From Planctomycetota bacterium (GTDB taxonomy: Bacteria; Planctomycetota; UBA1135; UBA2386), in the NCBI GenBank assembly GCA_965228735.1, contig OZ245838.1, forward strand, positions 6,432,001 to 6,496,000: DNA of 64,000 nt, given 5' to 3'. Each line of letters starts with the position of its first letter. Within the stretch, counting starts at the first letter, position 1. Made by a program: the position numbers and the translations under genes. The notes under the pieces were generated by a model. It saw only the letters and a program-made list of their open reading frames with translations, had not been told where the DNA came from and did no database searches. Shown one piece after another: positions 10,356-19,910 of this stretch.

Positions 10356-11558
10356 ATGGCCGCGGTTCCGTCTCACCTGCTCGCATCCGGTCGCTGGCGC
10401 GTGCTGCTGTTCTGCTGGCTCGGTTGGGTCTTCGACTTCTATGACCTGATCCTGTTCGCGTTCACCAAGCGCACGATCGGAGCCGAGCTCGGTCTCGATG
10501 CGATGGCGGTCGGCTGGGTCGAGGGTTGGTCGCTGCTCGCGACGGCGATCGGCGCGCTCTGCGCGGGGCGGATCGCGGATCGGGTCGGACGGCGGCAGGG
10601 CATGGTGTTCTCGATCGTGCTGTTCTCGCTCGGGGCGCTGCTGACCGGCGCGGCGAGCGGGTTCTGGTCGCTGTTCGTCGCGCGCTTCGTCACGGGGCTC
10701 GGTGTCGGCGGCGAATGGGGGATCGGGCACGCGGTCGTCGCGGAGCACTGGGCGGGCAGGGACCGGGATCGCGTGCACGGCATCTTGCAGGCCGGCAGCC
10801 CGGTCGCGATGGCGGGCGCGGCGGCCGTCGGTTGCTTCCTCGCGCCGTTGCCCGAGGTCGGCTGGCGCGCCGTGTTCTACGGCTCGGCCGGGTTGGCCGT
10901 GCTCGCGTTCGCCGCGCGGTGGGCGATGCCCGGGCCGGACCGCGCCGTCGAACGCGCTGCACCGATGCCGGTCATGGCGTTGTTCCGGGCGCCGCACCTG
11001 CGCGTCAGTCTCGCTCTGCTCGCGGTGCTGTCGCTGCACATGGCCGGGTTCTGGTGCGTCTACGCCGAGATCCCCGCCGCGCTCATGCAGCAGCACCGCG
11101 TGCCCGTGCAGGAGGTCGGCTGGTATCAGATCAAGGTCAACGCGGTGCACGTCTTGGCCGACGTCGCGTTCGGGTTCCTCGCGGCGCGCCTCGGTCGCAT
11201 CCGCGTGTTCGTCGCGTTCTGCCTCGTGTTCGCGGCAGGCCACTGGCTCGTGCTGCAGTCGCTCGGCGCGATCGCTGCCGACTTCTCGACGTTCACCGTC
11301 GTCATCGCCGCGATGGGGCTCGGTGCCGGCACGTGGTCGTGCTTCGGCGCGCTGTTCGGTGAACACTACCCCGTGGCGCTGCGCGCGACGGCCGCGGCGC
11401 TGTTCTACGCCCTCGCGCGCTCCGTGCAGTTGCCGCTCAAGCCGGCGATCGGCACGGCGATCGAATCGCACGGGCTCGCGCCCGCTTTGTGGGTGGGCAT
11501 CGCCTGCGCGCTGTTGTCTGCAGTTGCGGTGCTGCTACTGCCCCGGCGCGGGGTCTGA
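10356..11558 (+). CDS. MFS transporter
   Basis: GWVFDFYD, motif A GRIADRVGRR, ARFVTGLGVGGEWG, about 12 hydrophobic segments. Start placed at ATG 10356 (ATG 10344 is the alternative). Confidence 0.9.
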   Translation: MAAVPSHLLASGRWRVLLFCWLGWVFDFYDLILFAFTKRTIGAELGLDAMAVGWVEGWSLLATAIGALCAGRIADRVGRRQGMVFSIVLFSLGALLTGAASGFWSLFVARFVTGLGVGGEWGIGHAVVAEHWAGRDRDRVHGILQAGSPVAMAGAAAVGCFLAPLPEVGWRAVFYGSAGLAVLAFAARWAMPGPDRAVERAAPMPVMALFRAPHLRVSLALLAVLSLHMAGFWCVYAEIPAALMQQHRVPVQEVGWYQIKVNAVHVLADVAFGFLAARLGRIRVFVAFCLVFAAGHWLVLQSLGAIAADFSTFTVVIAAMGLGAGTWSCFGALFGEHYPVALRATAAALFYALARSVQLPLKPAIGTAIESHGLAPALWVGIACALLSAVAVLLLPRRGV

Positions 11559-12752
11559 GGCTTCCTCGGCCTCTCGGTCGCGGAAGAGCAGCACGAACAA
11601 CACGAGAATCGCGAGGGCGCCGATGCACGGCCAAAACCAGATCGTCGCCCAGTCGGTCGCCGCCTCGGTCTTGTTGTTCTCGACGAGGCGGAACATGATC
11701 TGCGCGCCGAGGAACATGCCGAGTCCCTGCGTGATCCACACGAGCAGACTCTGCGCCTGACCGCGGATCTGCGCCCGCGCCTTGCGGTCGACGTAGATCT
11801 GACCCGTCACGAAGAAGAAGTCGTAGCAGATGCCGTGGAGCAGGATGCCAGAGAGCACCATCCACGCGATCGGTGTCTCGCCCGCACCGCCCGACCACAG
11901 GCCGTAGCGCAGCACCCACGCCGCCATGCCGACGGCGAGCATCCACTTCACGCCGAGCCGCGCGAAGAACAAGGGCATCACGAGCATGAAGCCGACCTCG
12001 GCCCATTGGCCGAACGTCATGTAGAAGCCGGGTTCTTCCCAGACGGTGCCCGCGAACTGGTTGCCGTAGCTGTAGTAGCCCGCGAGCGGGATGCAGATCA
12101 GGAACGAACACAGGAGGAAGACGACGAACGCCGGTTGCTTGAAGAGCTCGAGTGCACCCAGACCGAGGGTCTCACTCAGCGAGACCTGTTTGCCGGCCGC
12201 TGGCGGCGGGGTATGGGGAAGCAGGAAGCACAGGACGCCCATCGCGATCGAGCTGTAGCCGGCGACGGAGAACATCACGGCGTCCGTGTCGGCGCCGAGT
12301 CCCTTGCTGACCAACGTGACCGCGGCGATCCAACCGAGCGTGCCGAAGACTCGCGCGAGCGGGAACTGCTTCTCGGGGTTGTCGATGTGCGCGAACGCGA
12401 CCGTATTCGTCAGGCCGAGCGTCGGCATGTAGCACAGCATGTAGGCGAAGATCAGCCACTCGAACTGCGCTGCGTCGCCGGCAGCCGTGACGCTGGGTAC
12501 GTAGAACATGATGCCGCCGCCGATGAGATGCATCGCGGCCAGCACGATCTGCGACGGGAAGTAGCGGTCCGCGATCAGTCCGAGGAAGAGCGGCGAGATC
12601 ATCGCGGCGATCGGGCCGGCGGAGTAGACCCAGCCGGTCGTCGCGTCGGTCCACCCGAGCTCCGGAACCAAAGTCCCGGCCGTCACGTACCAGCTCCCCC
12701 AGACGAAGAACTGCAGGAACATCATCGCGCAGAGCAGCGGGAACTTCGGCAT
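11535..12752 (-). CDS. Nucleoside permease (NupG/XapB/YegT-like MFS)
   Basis: MMFLQFFVWGSW, ADRYF, YMPTLGLTN, RVFGTLGWI, GILLHGICYDFFFVTGQIYVD. Overlaps the convergent MFS gene by 24 bp. Confidence 0.9.
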   Translation of the reverse strand: MPKFPLLCAMMFLQFFVWGSWYVTAGTLVPELGWTDATTGWVYSAGPIAAMISPLFLGLIADRYFPSQIVLAAMHLIGGGIMFYVPSVTAAGDAAQFEWLIFAYMLCYMPTLGLTNTVAFAHIDNPEKQFPLARVFGTLGWIAAVTLVSKGLGADTDAVMFSVAGYSSIAMGVLCFLLPHTPPPAAGKQVSLSETLGLGALELFKQPAFVVFLLCSFLICIPLAGYYSYGNQFAGTVWEEPGFYMTFGQWAEVGFMLVMPLFFARLGVKWMLAVGMAAWVLRYGLWSGGAGETPIAWMVLSGILLHGICYDFFFVTGQIYVDRKARAQIRGQAQSLLVWITQGLGMFLGAQIMFRLVENNKTEAATDWATIWFWPCIGALAILVLFVLLFRDREAEEASDPAPGQ

Positions 12753-12795
12753 GGGCGGGGATTCTGGCCCCGACAGCACTTCGACTCCAGCGCGC

Positions 12796-14613
12796 TTACG
12801 CGTTCGCCGTCGAATCCGCCGGCTCGACGCGGGTGTCGATCGGGCGGTCGCGGCGCGAGAGGCGCAGGGTGAAACGCGCGCCGCCGCCGTCGCGATCCTG
12901 GTAGTCGATCGTGCCGCCGTGCGCGAGGGCGACCTCCATGGCGATGCGCAGACCGATGCCGATGCCCTGCGGCTTGTCGACGAGCACGTCGCCGCCCTGG
13001 GTGAACTCCTCGAAGATGCGGCTCTGGTCGGCCTCCGGGATGCCCGGGCCGCGATCGAGGATCTCGATCGCGACATCGTCCTCGGCCGGTGTGACACGGA
13101 TCTCGACGACGCCGTCCTTCGGGCTCCATTGCCACGCGTTGTGCAACACGTGGTAGATGGCGTCGGTCACGCGCTCCCGGTCGGCGCTCAGGTGGACGGC
13201 GGCGGCCTCGAGCCGCCACTCGATCGGTTTGAGCTGCAACACTCCGGCGAGGCGCGACCGCGCGTTGCGGCAGAGCTCGACGACGTCGACGTTGCTCACC
13301 GTCCACTCCGTGCGGTCGCTCGCGAGGCTCGCATACTCGAGCGCGTCGCTGATGCGCGTGCCGAGCCGTGCGGCCTGTTCGAGGATCGTGCCGAGGAACT
13401 CGGTGCGGTCTTCCGACGAGGCGCTGTCGCCGAACTCCTGCAGCATCTCGGCGGACGTCTGGATGCCCGTGAGCGGGGTGCGTAGCTCGTGGCTGATCGA
13501 CATCAGGAAGCCGTCCTTGGCGCGGTTGGCCGCTTCCGCGCGCACTGCCTTGTCCGCGGCCTCATCGAACAGTCTCTGCATCGTCGTCGCCATCGTGTTG
13601 AACGACTCGCCGAGACGGCCGACCTCGTCCTGGCTGTCGATCTTCACGCGGGCGCCGAGGTCACCCATCGCCAGCTGCTTGTTCGCCAGCACGAGTCGCC
13701 GCAGCGGCTGGCTCAACCGCCGCGCCGTGCGCGACGCGAACCACAGGCCGAAGAGCGTGACGATCGCACCGAGCGCGAGCAGGTAGAGGATCGCTTCGTC
13801 GCGCAGTTGCACGATCGCATCGACGTCGTGCGGCAAGAACGTGATGATGCCTTCGTTCGTGAGCCGGATCGCGAGTCCGGGCCGCGATTGGCCGTCCACC
13901 TCGATGCTCGCCGTCCGCCCGGCCGGCGGCAGATCGCCGTGCCGGAGCGTCGCGAGCTCGTCGATCAGAAGATCCGTTGGGCTGTGTCTGAGCCAGACCT
14001 GACCCGCGAGCCGGCCCTCGTGCATGAGCACGAGGTCGTTGCCGATGCCGCTGCCGAGCGTGCCGGCGAACGCGTCGTCGACCGGGATGCCGCGAACGAG
14101 CACCGCGGCGACCGCGTCGTCGGCAACGATCGGCGCGAGGCCGGCAAACATCAACGTGGCGCCGTCGTGCCATAGGTGAACACTCGGGGTCCCCGTCAGC
14201 GCGGCTTCGACGCCCGGCCAGTTCGACATGTCCGCTGCGATCGCGAACGACGCGTTGCGACGGCCACGGACCTGCCCCTTGTCGTCGAGCACGACGAGCG
14301 CCTGGTCGGGTCCGCCATCACTCTGGATCGCGTCGAAGCCGTCCTCGAGCGTTGCCTGGTCGACCCCTTCGATGCTGGCGAGGGCCGTGAGCAGCGGTGT
14401 CTGCGCGAGGAAGTCGGTCTCTTCGCGCAGGTCGACGCGGAGGCGTTCGATCGCGCGGCCGAGGTTGCGGTGCCCTTCGGCGACGCTGTTGTCGACCTCG
14501 CGGGCGGCGAAGTCGTTGATGCGGCCCACGAACACGGCAGCCGCGACCGCGACGAAGCCCGCGATGAGCGTCGTCGTTCCGAGGACCAGGCGGCCGCGCA
14601 GATCGAGCTGCAT
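12796..14613 (-). CDS. Membrane sensor histidine kinase (periplasmic sensor domain, HAMP, HisKA, HATPase)
   Basis: Two TM helices flank a ~240-aa extracytoplasmic region. HAMP (DEVGRLGESFNTM), H-box SISHELRTPLT, N-box LHNAWQW, DRGPGI, GIGIGL. No receiver domain. Confidence 0.92.
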   Translation of the reverse strand: MQLDLRGRLVLGTTTLIAGFVAVAAAVFVGRINDFAAREVDNSVAEGHRNLGRAIERLRVDLREETDFLAQTPLLTALASIEGVDQATLEDGFDAIQSDGGPDQALVVLDDKGQVRGRRNASFAIAADMSNWPGVEAALTGTPSVHLWHDGATLMFAGLAPIVADDAVAAVLVRGIPVDDAFAGTLGSGIGNDLVLMHEGRLAGQVWLRHSPTDLLIDELATLRHGDLPPAGRTASIEVDGQSRPGLAIRLTNEGIITFLPHDVDAIVQLRDEAILYLLALGAIVTLFGLWFASRTARRLSQPLRRLVLANKQLAMGDLGARVKIDSQDEVGRLGESFNTMATTMQRLFDEAADKAVRAEAANRAKDGFLMSISHELRTPLTGIQTSAEMLQEFGDSASSEDRTEFLGTILEQAARLGTRISDALEYASLASDRTEWTVSNVDVVELCRNARSRLAGVLQLKPIEWRLEAAAVHLSADRERVTDAIYHVLHNAWQWSPKDGVVEIRVTPAEDDVAIEILDRGPGIPEADQSRIFEEFTQGGDVLVDKPQGIGIGLRIAMEVALAHGGTIDYQDRDGGGARFTLRLSRRDRPIDTRVEPADSTANA

Positions 14614-14614
14614 C

Positions 14615-15595
14615 TCAGTACTTCTTGCGGTAGCGCTTGCCGTGCTTGTTGGTGTGCTGCACGCGCGCTCGGGTCTCCCGGACGGTGAGCGGCACTACCT
14701 GCGCGATCCCGTCATGGACTTCGATCGTCGTCGGCGGTGGCATGCCGAGCGCATGCCAGACGCGGAGCCGATAGCGCCCGTCCGGGACGTCCGGAATGGC
14801 CCAGTAGCCGCGCTCGTCGGTCACCGTGGCGCGGTCGTTCTCGAGAACGAGCACGCTGGCCGACATCTGCGGGTGGATGTTGCAGTGCACCTTGACGAGA
14901 CCGGCCCGGTCCATCGCGACCTCCTTCGACCTGCCCTTGCCGTAGGTGCCGAGGTCGAACGCCTTGGTCTTGGACTTGCTGAAGACGTTGTGGAACACCA
15001 CGTCGTCGTTGGGGAAGCGCACGACGGTGCCGCGCGTCACCGTGAGCACGCGCGGCGCGAACTGGCGGCCCTGCTGGGAGATAACCGGCTTGCGGGCGGC
15101 GGGGGGCGACGGCGGCAGCGCGTCACCTTCGAGGAACACCACGACGCCGCCGCGATCCTCGTGGGCAGCGCCGTCGCGCGCGAGCAACTCGATGCGACCG
15201 TGCAGCGCGTTGCCCCGGTTGGGGAACAGGCCGCGGGCGGCGTTGTCGTCGCGGACCTCGAGATGACAGCTCGTGCAGGCCCGCCGCAGCAGCGCGAAGT
15301 CGTGCCGCCGCAGCGCGGCATCGGGCGCGCTCCCGAGCGCGCGAGCGCGGTCCCTCACAGCCGTGAGCCAGCGCGTCCCGCCCGGGCCGAACCGAGCCGC
15401 GCCGGCCAGCCCGCTCGCCGTGTCCACGATCTTCGCCGTCGCCGCGGGGTTCGTCGTGTCGCGGTCGAGCGCGCGCTCGAGCTCCTGCACGGCCGTCGCG
15501 AACGCCTGCATCGCCGCCGTGGTCGACGGCGCCTCCTGCGCGCTCGCGGCGCCGGCCACGCCGAGCAGCGCCATTGCGCGCGCGAACGCCCGCAT
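14615..15595 (-). CDS. Secreted fusion: class II (cytochrome c'-like) heme domain + MauL-like cupredoxin + carboxypeptidase-regulatory-like domain
   Basis: Signal peptide (ASA-Q). A helical domain ends in CTSCH. Cupredoxin motifs QFAPRVL...FPNDD..FHNVFS...CNIHPQM supply His/Cys/His/Met ligands. Tail DVPDGRYRLRVWH. Confidence 0.8.
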   Translation of the reverse strand: MRAFARAMALLGVAGAASAQEAPSTTAAMQAFATAVQELERALDRDTTNPAATAKIVDTASGLAGAARFGPGGTRWLTAVRDRARALGSAPDAALRRHDFALLRRACTSCHLEVRDDNAARGLFPNRGNALHGRIELLARDGAAHEDRGGVVVFLEGDALPPSPPAARKPVISQQGRQFAPRVLTVTRGTVVRFPNDDVVFHNVFSKSKTKAFDLGTYGKGRSKEVAMDRAGLVKVHCNIHPQMSASVLVLENDRATVTDERGYWAIPDVPDGRYRLRVWHALGMPPPTTIEVHDGIAQVVPLTVRETRARVQHTNKHGKRYRKKY

Positions 15596-15597
15596 CG

Positions 15598-16860
15598 TCA
15601 GAACGCCAGGACCAGTTCGGCGGCAACGAACTTCCGCGTGTCGTCCGCGAGGCCGCTGAGGTCGGTCGCGCGCGCGTGGTCGAAGCCGACCTCGAACTTG
15701 CCGAGCAGGCCGGGCGCGAACGTCCGGACGACGCCCGCGGATACGCGTTCGGCCTGCATGAGATCGAACCCGTAGCTCGCCATGCCGTTGAAGTAGGGCT
15801 GGCCCTCGAACTGGTAGCCCTCCTGCGAATCGAACGTGCTCACGCCGCTGTAGCGCAGCGCCACCGTCCAGTCCTCGTTGAGCACGACGGACGGCTCGAC
15901 GATCCAGAACCCGAACTCGCGGTCGAACTGGTCACCGATGTCGTTGATCTGGCAGCCGCCGAGCTGCCACTGCAGCTGGAAGCTCTCCGATGGTTGCCAG
16001 ATGCCGTCGAACGCGCCGACGAGCGCATCGATGTCGGTGCTCGGGCTGGCGCCGCCCGCGCCGCCGCCGACCGGCGTCAGCACATTGCCGCCGAAGCACA
16101 GGGCCGTCGCCGGAGTGTTCTGCACCCAGTGGCAGCTCGCGCTGAGGTACAGCGACTCGCAGGGCTCGGCCCAGAGCTTGCCGGTCAGCGCCGGTGAGAT
16201 GCCCGTGCTCGACTGCCGGTCGTAGGTGCCTTCGGTGAACGAGAACACCCAGCCGCAGTCCCCGAGGTCCTCGAAGAGCTGGATGCCTTCGTCCCAACGA
16301 TAGGTCGTGGGCAACGGGATGCTGACGAGCCGGTTCCGCGGCGCGTCCTCGAGGAAGTAGTACTCCCCGAACGGCAGGTTGAAGCGTCCGGCCTTGAGGC
16401 CGACAGCGCCGTCGCCGTTCTCGTCGCCGAAGCCGAACGGATCGTGGAGCTGCAGATAGACCTCGTTCACGCCGACGCCGTTGGCGTCGTTGTCACGGAA
16501 CCAGTCCCACTCGACCTCGACGACGACCGTGCCGGTGTCGCGCAGTTCGGCCTGGAAGAACATCAGCGCCTGCTGCACACCGAGCGCACCATCGGGGTAG
16601 TTGCCGGTGTCGTCCGTCTGCATGTAGCGCGACGCGAGGAAGCCGTAGACCTCGAAGCGCTCGAACCAGCGGTCGAGGCCCTGCTGGACCTGACCCGCGG
16701 CTTCGCCCATGTCCGCGAACGACTCGTCGGAGAGGTCGATGCCGCCGTCGGTCGGCGGGTCCTGCGCCAGCGCCGGCGCGGCGAGAAGCAGGACGGGAAC
16801 GAGCGCTCGCAGCGCACCGAAGCGGCTCGCGCATCCGCGGAAGGGAGTAGGGGGAACCAT
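15598..16860 (-). CDS. Putative outer-membrane beta-barrel (porin-like) protein
   Basis: Signal peptide (ALA-Q), amphipathic beta-strand pattern, LKAGRFNLPFG loop motif, C-terminal ELVLAF ending in Phe. Confidence 0.75.
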   Translation of the reverse strand: MVPPTPFRGCASRFGALRALVPVLLLAAPALAQDPPTDGGIDLSDESFADMGEAAGQVQQGLDRWFERFEVYGFLASRYMQTDDTGNYPDGALGVQQALMFFQAELRDTGTVVVEVEWDWFRDNDANGVGVNEVYLQLHDPFGFGDENGDGAVGLKAGRFNLPFGEYYFLEDAPRNRLVSIPLPTTYRWDEGIQLFEDLGDCGWVFSFTEGTYDRQSSTGISPALTGKLWAEPCESLYLSASCHWVQNTPATALCFGGNVLTPVGGGAGGASPSTDIDALVGAFDGIWQPSESFQLQWQLGGCQINDIGDQFDREFGFWIVEPSVVLNEDWTVALRYSGVSTFDSQEGYQFEGQPYFNGMASYGFDLMQAERVSAGVVRTFAPGLLGKFEVGFDHARATDLSGLADDTRKFVAAELVLAF

Positions 16861-16911
16861 GGAACGGTGTCCGGCTCATCGGCCGCGAGCCGCCGCGGGC
16901 TTGAAGCCCAT

Positions 16912-16927
16912 GCGAACGAACGTTCGC
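16912..16927. promoter_or_regulatory. Palindrome GCGAACG-AA-CGTTCGC upstream of the porin/cytochrome/kinase operon
   Basis: Perfect 7-bp arms. A near-identical copy lies at 18104-18119. Confidence 0.4.
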
Positions 16928-16992
16928 GCTCGGCCGTCCGGGTCGTCGGTGCCGCCGGGCCCCGGAGGTTCCCCTGCGCTAGACGGGGACCA

Positions 16993-18072
16993 CTAGCCGC
17001 CGTAGTAGCGACCGAAGCGGTTCTTGAGGAACGCCTCGTAGTCGACGCTCTCCATCCGCAGGAAGCCGCTCTCCGGCAGCTTGCCGTCGCGCAGCAGGTC
17101 GACGATGCCCGTGACGCCGGCCGCGGTCGTGATCTGGATGCCGCTCCAGTTCTCGCCGTCGATCTCCTGGTGGTAGATCGTCTTGGCGTAGGTCCGTTCG
17201 GTGAGCCGCCCCTTGTACTGCCCGGTCGCGCTCACGTAGATCACGATCTGATCCTGGAACGTGGCCGGCAGCGCGCGCTCGAAGATCGCGCGCAGTTCGT
17301 CCTGGTGGTCCTGCATCTGCAGGTCGAGCAGCAGCAGCTTGAGCAGCTCGCAGTGGCCGGGGTAGCGGATCGTCTTGTAGTTGACGTTCTTCACCCGGTC
17401 CTTGAGCGTGATCGCGAGCGTGCCGAGGCCGCCCGACGTGTTGAACGCCTCGTACTCGACGCCGTCGATCGTCAGCCTTTCGAGCTGCTCGAGCGGTGGC
17501 ACGGTCGTCAGCTCACCGTTCTCGACGGATTCGCACGGATTGCAGTACTCGTTGATCAACCCCTCCGTGCTCCACGTGAGGTTGTACTTCAGGCGGTTGC
17601 TCGGGAACCGCGGCAGCGCACCGACGCGCAGGTTGAGGTCCGTGACCTCGGTCATCGACTTCATCAGGTGGTTGGCCACGATCGTGATGAAGCCCGGCGC
17701 GAGGCCGCACTGCGGGGCGAACAGCGTGTTGGCGCCGTCGGCGAGGTCCTTGACCTGCTGCGTGACCGCGACGTCTTCCGTGAGGTCGAAGTAGTGGACA
17801 CCGTTTTCTTTCGCGCGCTGCGCGATCAGCGGGTTGCAGTGGTACGGCGCGCAGCTGATCACGGCCCAGGCGCCGTCGAGGATCGCGTCGAGGCTCTCGG
17901 CACTCTCGAAGTCGACCACCTGACCCGTGACGTTGTCGTACTTGTCGTTGAGGAACGACACGGCCGGCTCGGCCACGTCGCCGACGCGGACGCGGTAGTC
18001 GCCCGACTTGGCCATGAGGTGACAGACCATGCGGCCGATCTTGCCGGCGCCGAGGATGACGAGTTCGTGCAT
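16993..18072 (-). CDS. Saccharopine dehydrogenase / lysine 6-dehydrogenase family oxidoreductase
   Basis: Rossmann LGAGKIG, YFDLTEDV, PQCGLAPGF, LKYNLTWSTEGLINEY, YEAFNTSGGLGT, YKTIRYPGH. Confidence 0.88.
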   Translation of the reverse strand: MHELVILGAGKIGRMVCHLMAKSGDYRVRVGDVAEPAVSFLNDKYDNVTGQVVDFESAESLDAILDGAWAVISCAPYHCNPLIAQRAKENGVHYFDLTEDVAVTQQVKDLADGANTLFAPQCGLAPGFITIVANHLMKSMTEVTDLNLRVGALPRFPSNRLKYNLTWSTEGLINEYCNPCESVENGELTTVPPLEQLERLTIDGVEYEAFNTSGGLGTLAITLKDRVKNVNYKTIRYPGHCELLKLLLLDLQMQDHQDELRAIFERALPATFQDQIVIYVSATGQYKGRLTERTYAKTIYHQEIDGENWSGIQITTAAGVTGIVDLLRDGKLPESGFLRMESVDYEAFLKNRFGRYYGG

Positions 18073-18103
18073 TGCAGTTCTGCGTTCGGGCCTGCGCGCC
18101 GGC

Positions 18104-18119
18104 GCGAACGACCGTTCGC
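18104..18119. promoter_or_regulatory. Palindrome GCGAACG-AC-CGTTCGC upstream of the saccharopine dehydrogenase-like gene
   Basis: Arms extend to 9 bp (18102-18121). Matches the 16912 site at 15 of 16 positions. Confidence 0.4.
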
Positions 18120-18274
18120 GCGAGGGCCAGGCCGGGGTTCTGGGCGAAGCATTGTTCGGATCGCAACCCGCGGGCGCAAGGCCGGTACGGGGATTCGCGC
18201 GCGGGCTTGCCGACTGCCGTCGAACGGCCGGTGGCAGGGTCGCTACGCGTCTGCCGCGGCGCTGCCGTGCCGCT

Positions 18275-19744
18275 TCAGGGCCGGTCGAGCGCGGCTTCGA
18301 GGCGGTCGCAGAGGGTCTTCAGCACCTCGATGCGGGCGAAGCGCTTGTCGTTGCCCGGCACGAGGTGCCAGGGCGCTGCGCCGGTGCTCGTGTGCTGGAC
18401 CATGTCGTGCACGGCGGCAGCGTAGTCCGGCCAGCGCTCGCGATTGCGCCAGTCCTCCGGTGTGATCTTGTGCTGCTTCCACGGCAGTCGTTGCCGGTCT
18501 TCGAACCGCCGCAGCTGTTCGTCCTGGTCGATGTGCAACCAGAACTTGGCGAGCACGTCGCCGTTCTCGACGAGCTGGGACTCGAACTCGTTGATCTCCT
18601 GGTAGGCGCGCTGCCACTCGTCGGCGCGGGCGAAGCCCTCGACCCGTTCGACGAGCACGCGGCCGTACCACGAGCGGTCGAAGACGATCATCCGGCCAGC
18701 CCGCGGCACATGGCGCCAGAAGCGCCAGAGGTAGTGGTGGGCGCGTTCTTCGTCGGTCGGCGCGGCGATGGCGACGACGCGAAGCAACCGCGCATCGACC
18801 GCGCTCGCGAGCCGGCGGATCGCGCCGCCCTTGCCCGCGGCATCGGGCCCCTCGAACACCAGGACCGTGCGGCGCTGCTGCTCGCGGGCGCGCCACGCGA
18901 GCGCGTTGAGGCGTACGCGGTGTTCGTCGAGGGCGATGTCGTAGGTCGCCTCGTCCAGTCGTTGCGACAGGTCGACGCTGTCGAGCACGTTCGCCGGCGT
19001 GGCCGCAGTGGCGGACGCCGGCGGGGCGGTCGCCGTCTCGTCCGCGCGCGCCAGCCGTTCCTGCATCGCGCGCAGCAGGAGCTGTCCCGTCGTCAGGTCG
19101 CGGTGGCGTTTGTCGCTGGCCTCGACGAGATGCCACGGGTTCGCGTCGGTGTCCGTCTGCGCGATGGCCAGTTCGGCGGCGGCGCGCACGTCGCGATACC
19201 GCTGCACGCTCTGCTCGAGCAGCGGCGATGTCGTGAAGCCGCTCTCGACGTCCTTCTCGAGTCGCTTGCGTTGGGCTTGGGCCGTGAGGTGAAACCACAG
19301 CTTGATCAGCAGGGTGCCGTCGTCGGTCAGCATGCGCTCGAACTGCGCGGCACGGTGCAGGGCGCCTTCTAGGCCGGGACGGTCGAGGTCGCCGCGAACG
19401 CGCTCGACGATCGGCTGCGTGTACCAGCTGCCGAACAGGATCGCGGTCCGCCCCGCTCGCGGCAGCCGGCGCCAGAAGCGCCAATAGCGCGGCCGTTCGT
19501 CCTCTTCGGAGCTCGGATCCCAGAACGAATGCGTCGTGACGCGGCGGGTGTCGAGCCACTTGTACAGGCGGTTGACGACCGCGCCCTTGCCGGCGCCTTC
19601 GATGCCGGCGACGACGACGATGACCGGGATCGCGCGCGCCGCGATCTCGCGCTGCGCTGTCAGCAGACCGGTGCGCAGCTCGGGTTCGGCCGCGGCGAAC
19701 GTGGCCTTGTCGACCTTCTGGCCGACTTCGACGGCTTCGAACAT
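18275..19744 (-). CDS. pap: Polyphosphate:AMP phosphotransferase (two-domain class II PPK2)
   Basis: N-terminus MFEAVEVGQKVDK. Duplicated PPK2 domains with GIEGAGKG and EGPDAAGKGG; also FDRSWYGRVLVERVEG and KITPEDWRNRERW. Confidence 0.93.
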   Translation of the reverse strand: MFEAVEVGQKVDKATFAAAEPELRTGLLTAQREIAARAIPVIVVVAGIEGAGKGAVVNRLYKWLDTRRVTTHSFWDPSSEEDERPRYWRFWRRLPRAGRTAILFGSWYTQPIVERVRGDLDRPGLEGALHRAAQFERMLTDDGTLLIKLWFHLTAQAQRKRLEKDVESGFTTSPLLEQSVQRYRDVRAAAELAIAQTDTDANPWHLVEASDKRHRDLTTGQLLLRAMQERLARADETATAPPASATAATPANVLDSVDLSQRLDEATYDIALDEHRVRLNALAWRAREQQRRTVLVFEGPDAAGKGGAIRRLASAVDARLLRVVAIAAPTDEERAHHYLWRFWRHVPRAGRMIVFDRSWYGRVLVERVEGFARADEWQRAYQEINEFESQLVENGDVLAKFWLHIDQDEQLRRFEDRQRLPWKQHKITPEDWRNRERWPDYAAAVHDMVQHTSTGAAPWHLVPGNDKRFARIEVLKTLCDRLEAALDRP

Positions 19745-19910
19745 GACGGTGGGGACAGGGGACGGATCGGCCCGGCGTGGGGCGTCGCTCGCCGACGGCC
19801 TGGTTGTAGTCGATCGTGCGCGCGGCGCCCAGGTCCACGGCGCGCCGAGGGTTGCTTCCACTTCGGGGGCCGTCGAGCATGCTCGCGTGGAACACTCGCT
19901 GCCGGACCGA

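Noticed and set aside
11535..11558. 24-bp overlap of convergent MFS genes
   Set aside because: Short 3' overlaps are common in compact GC-rich genomes.
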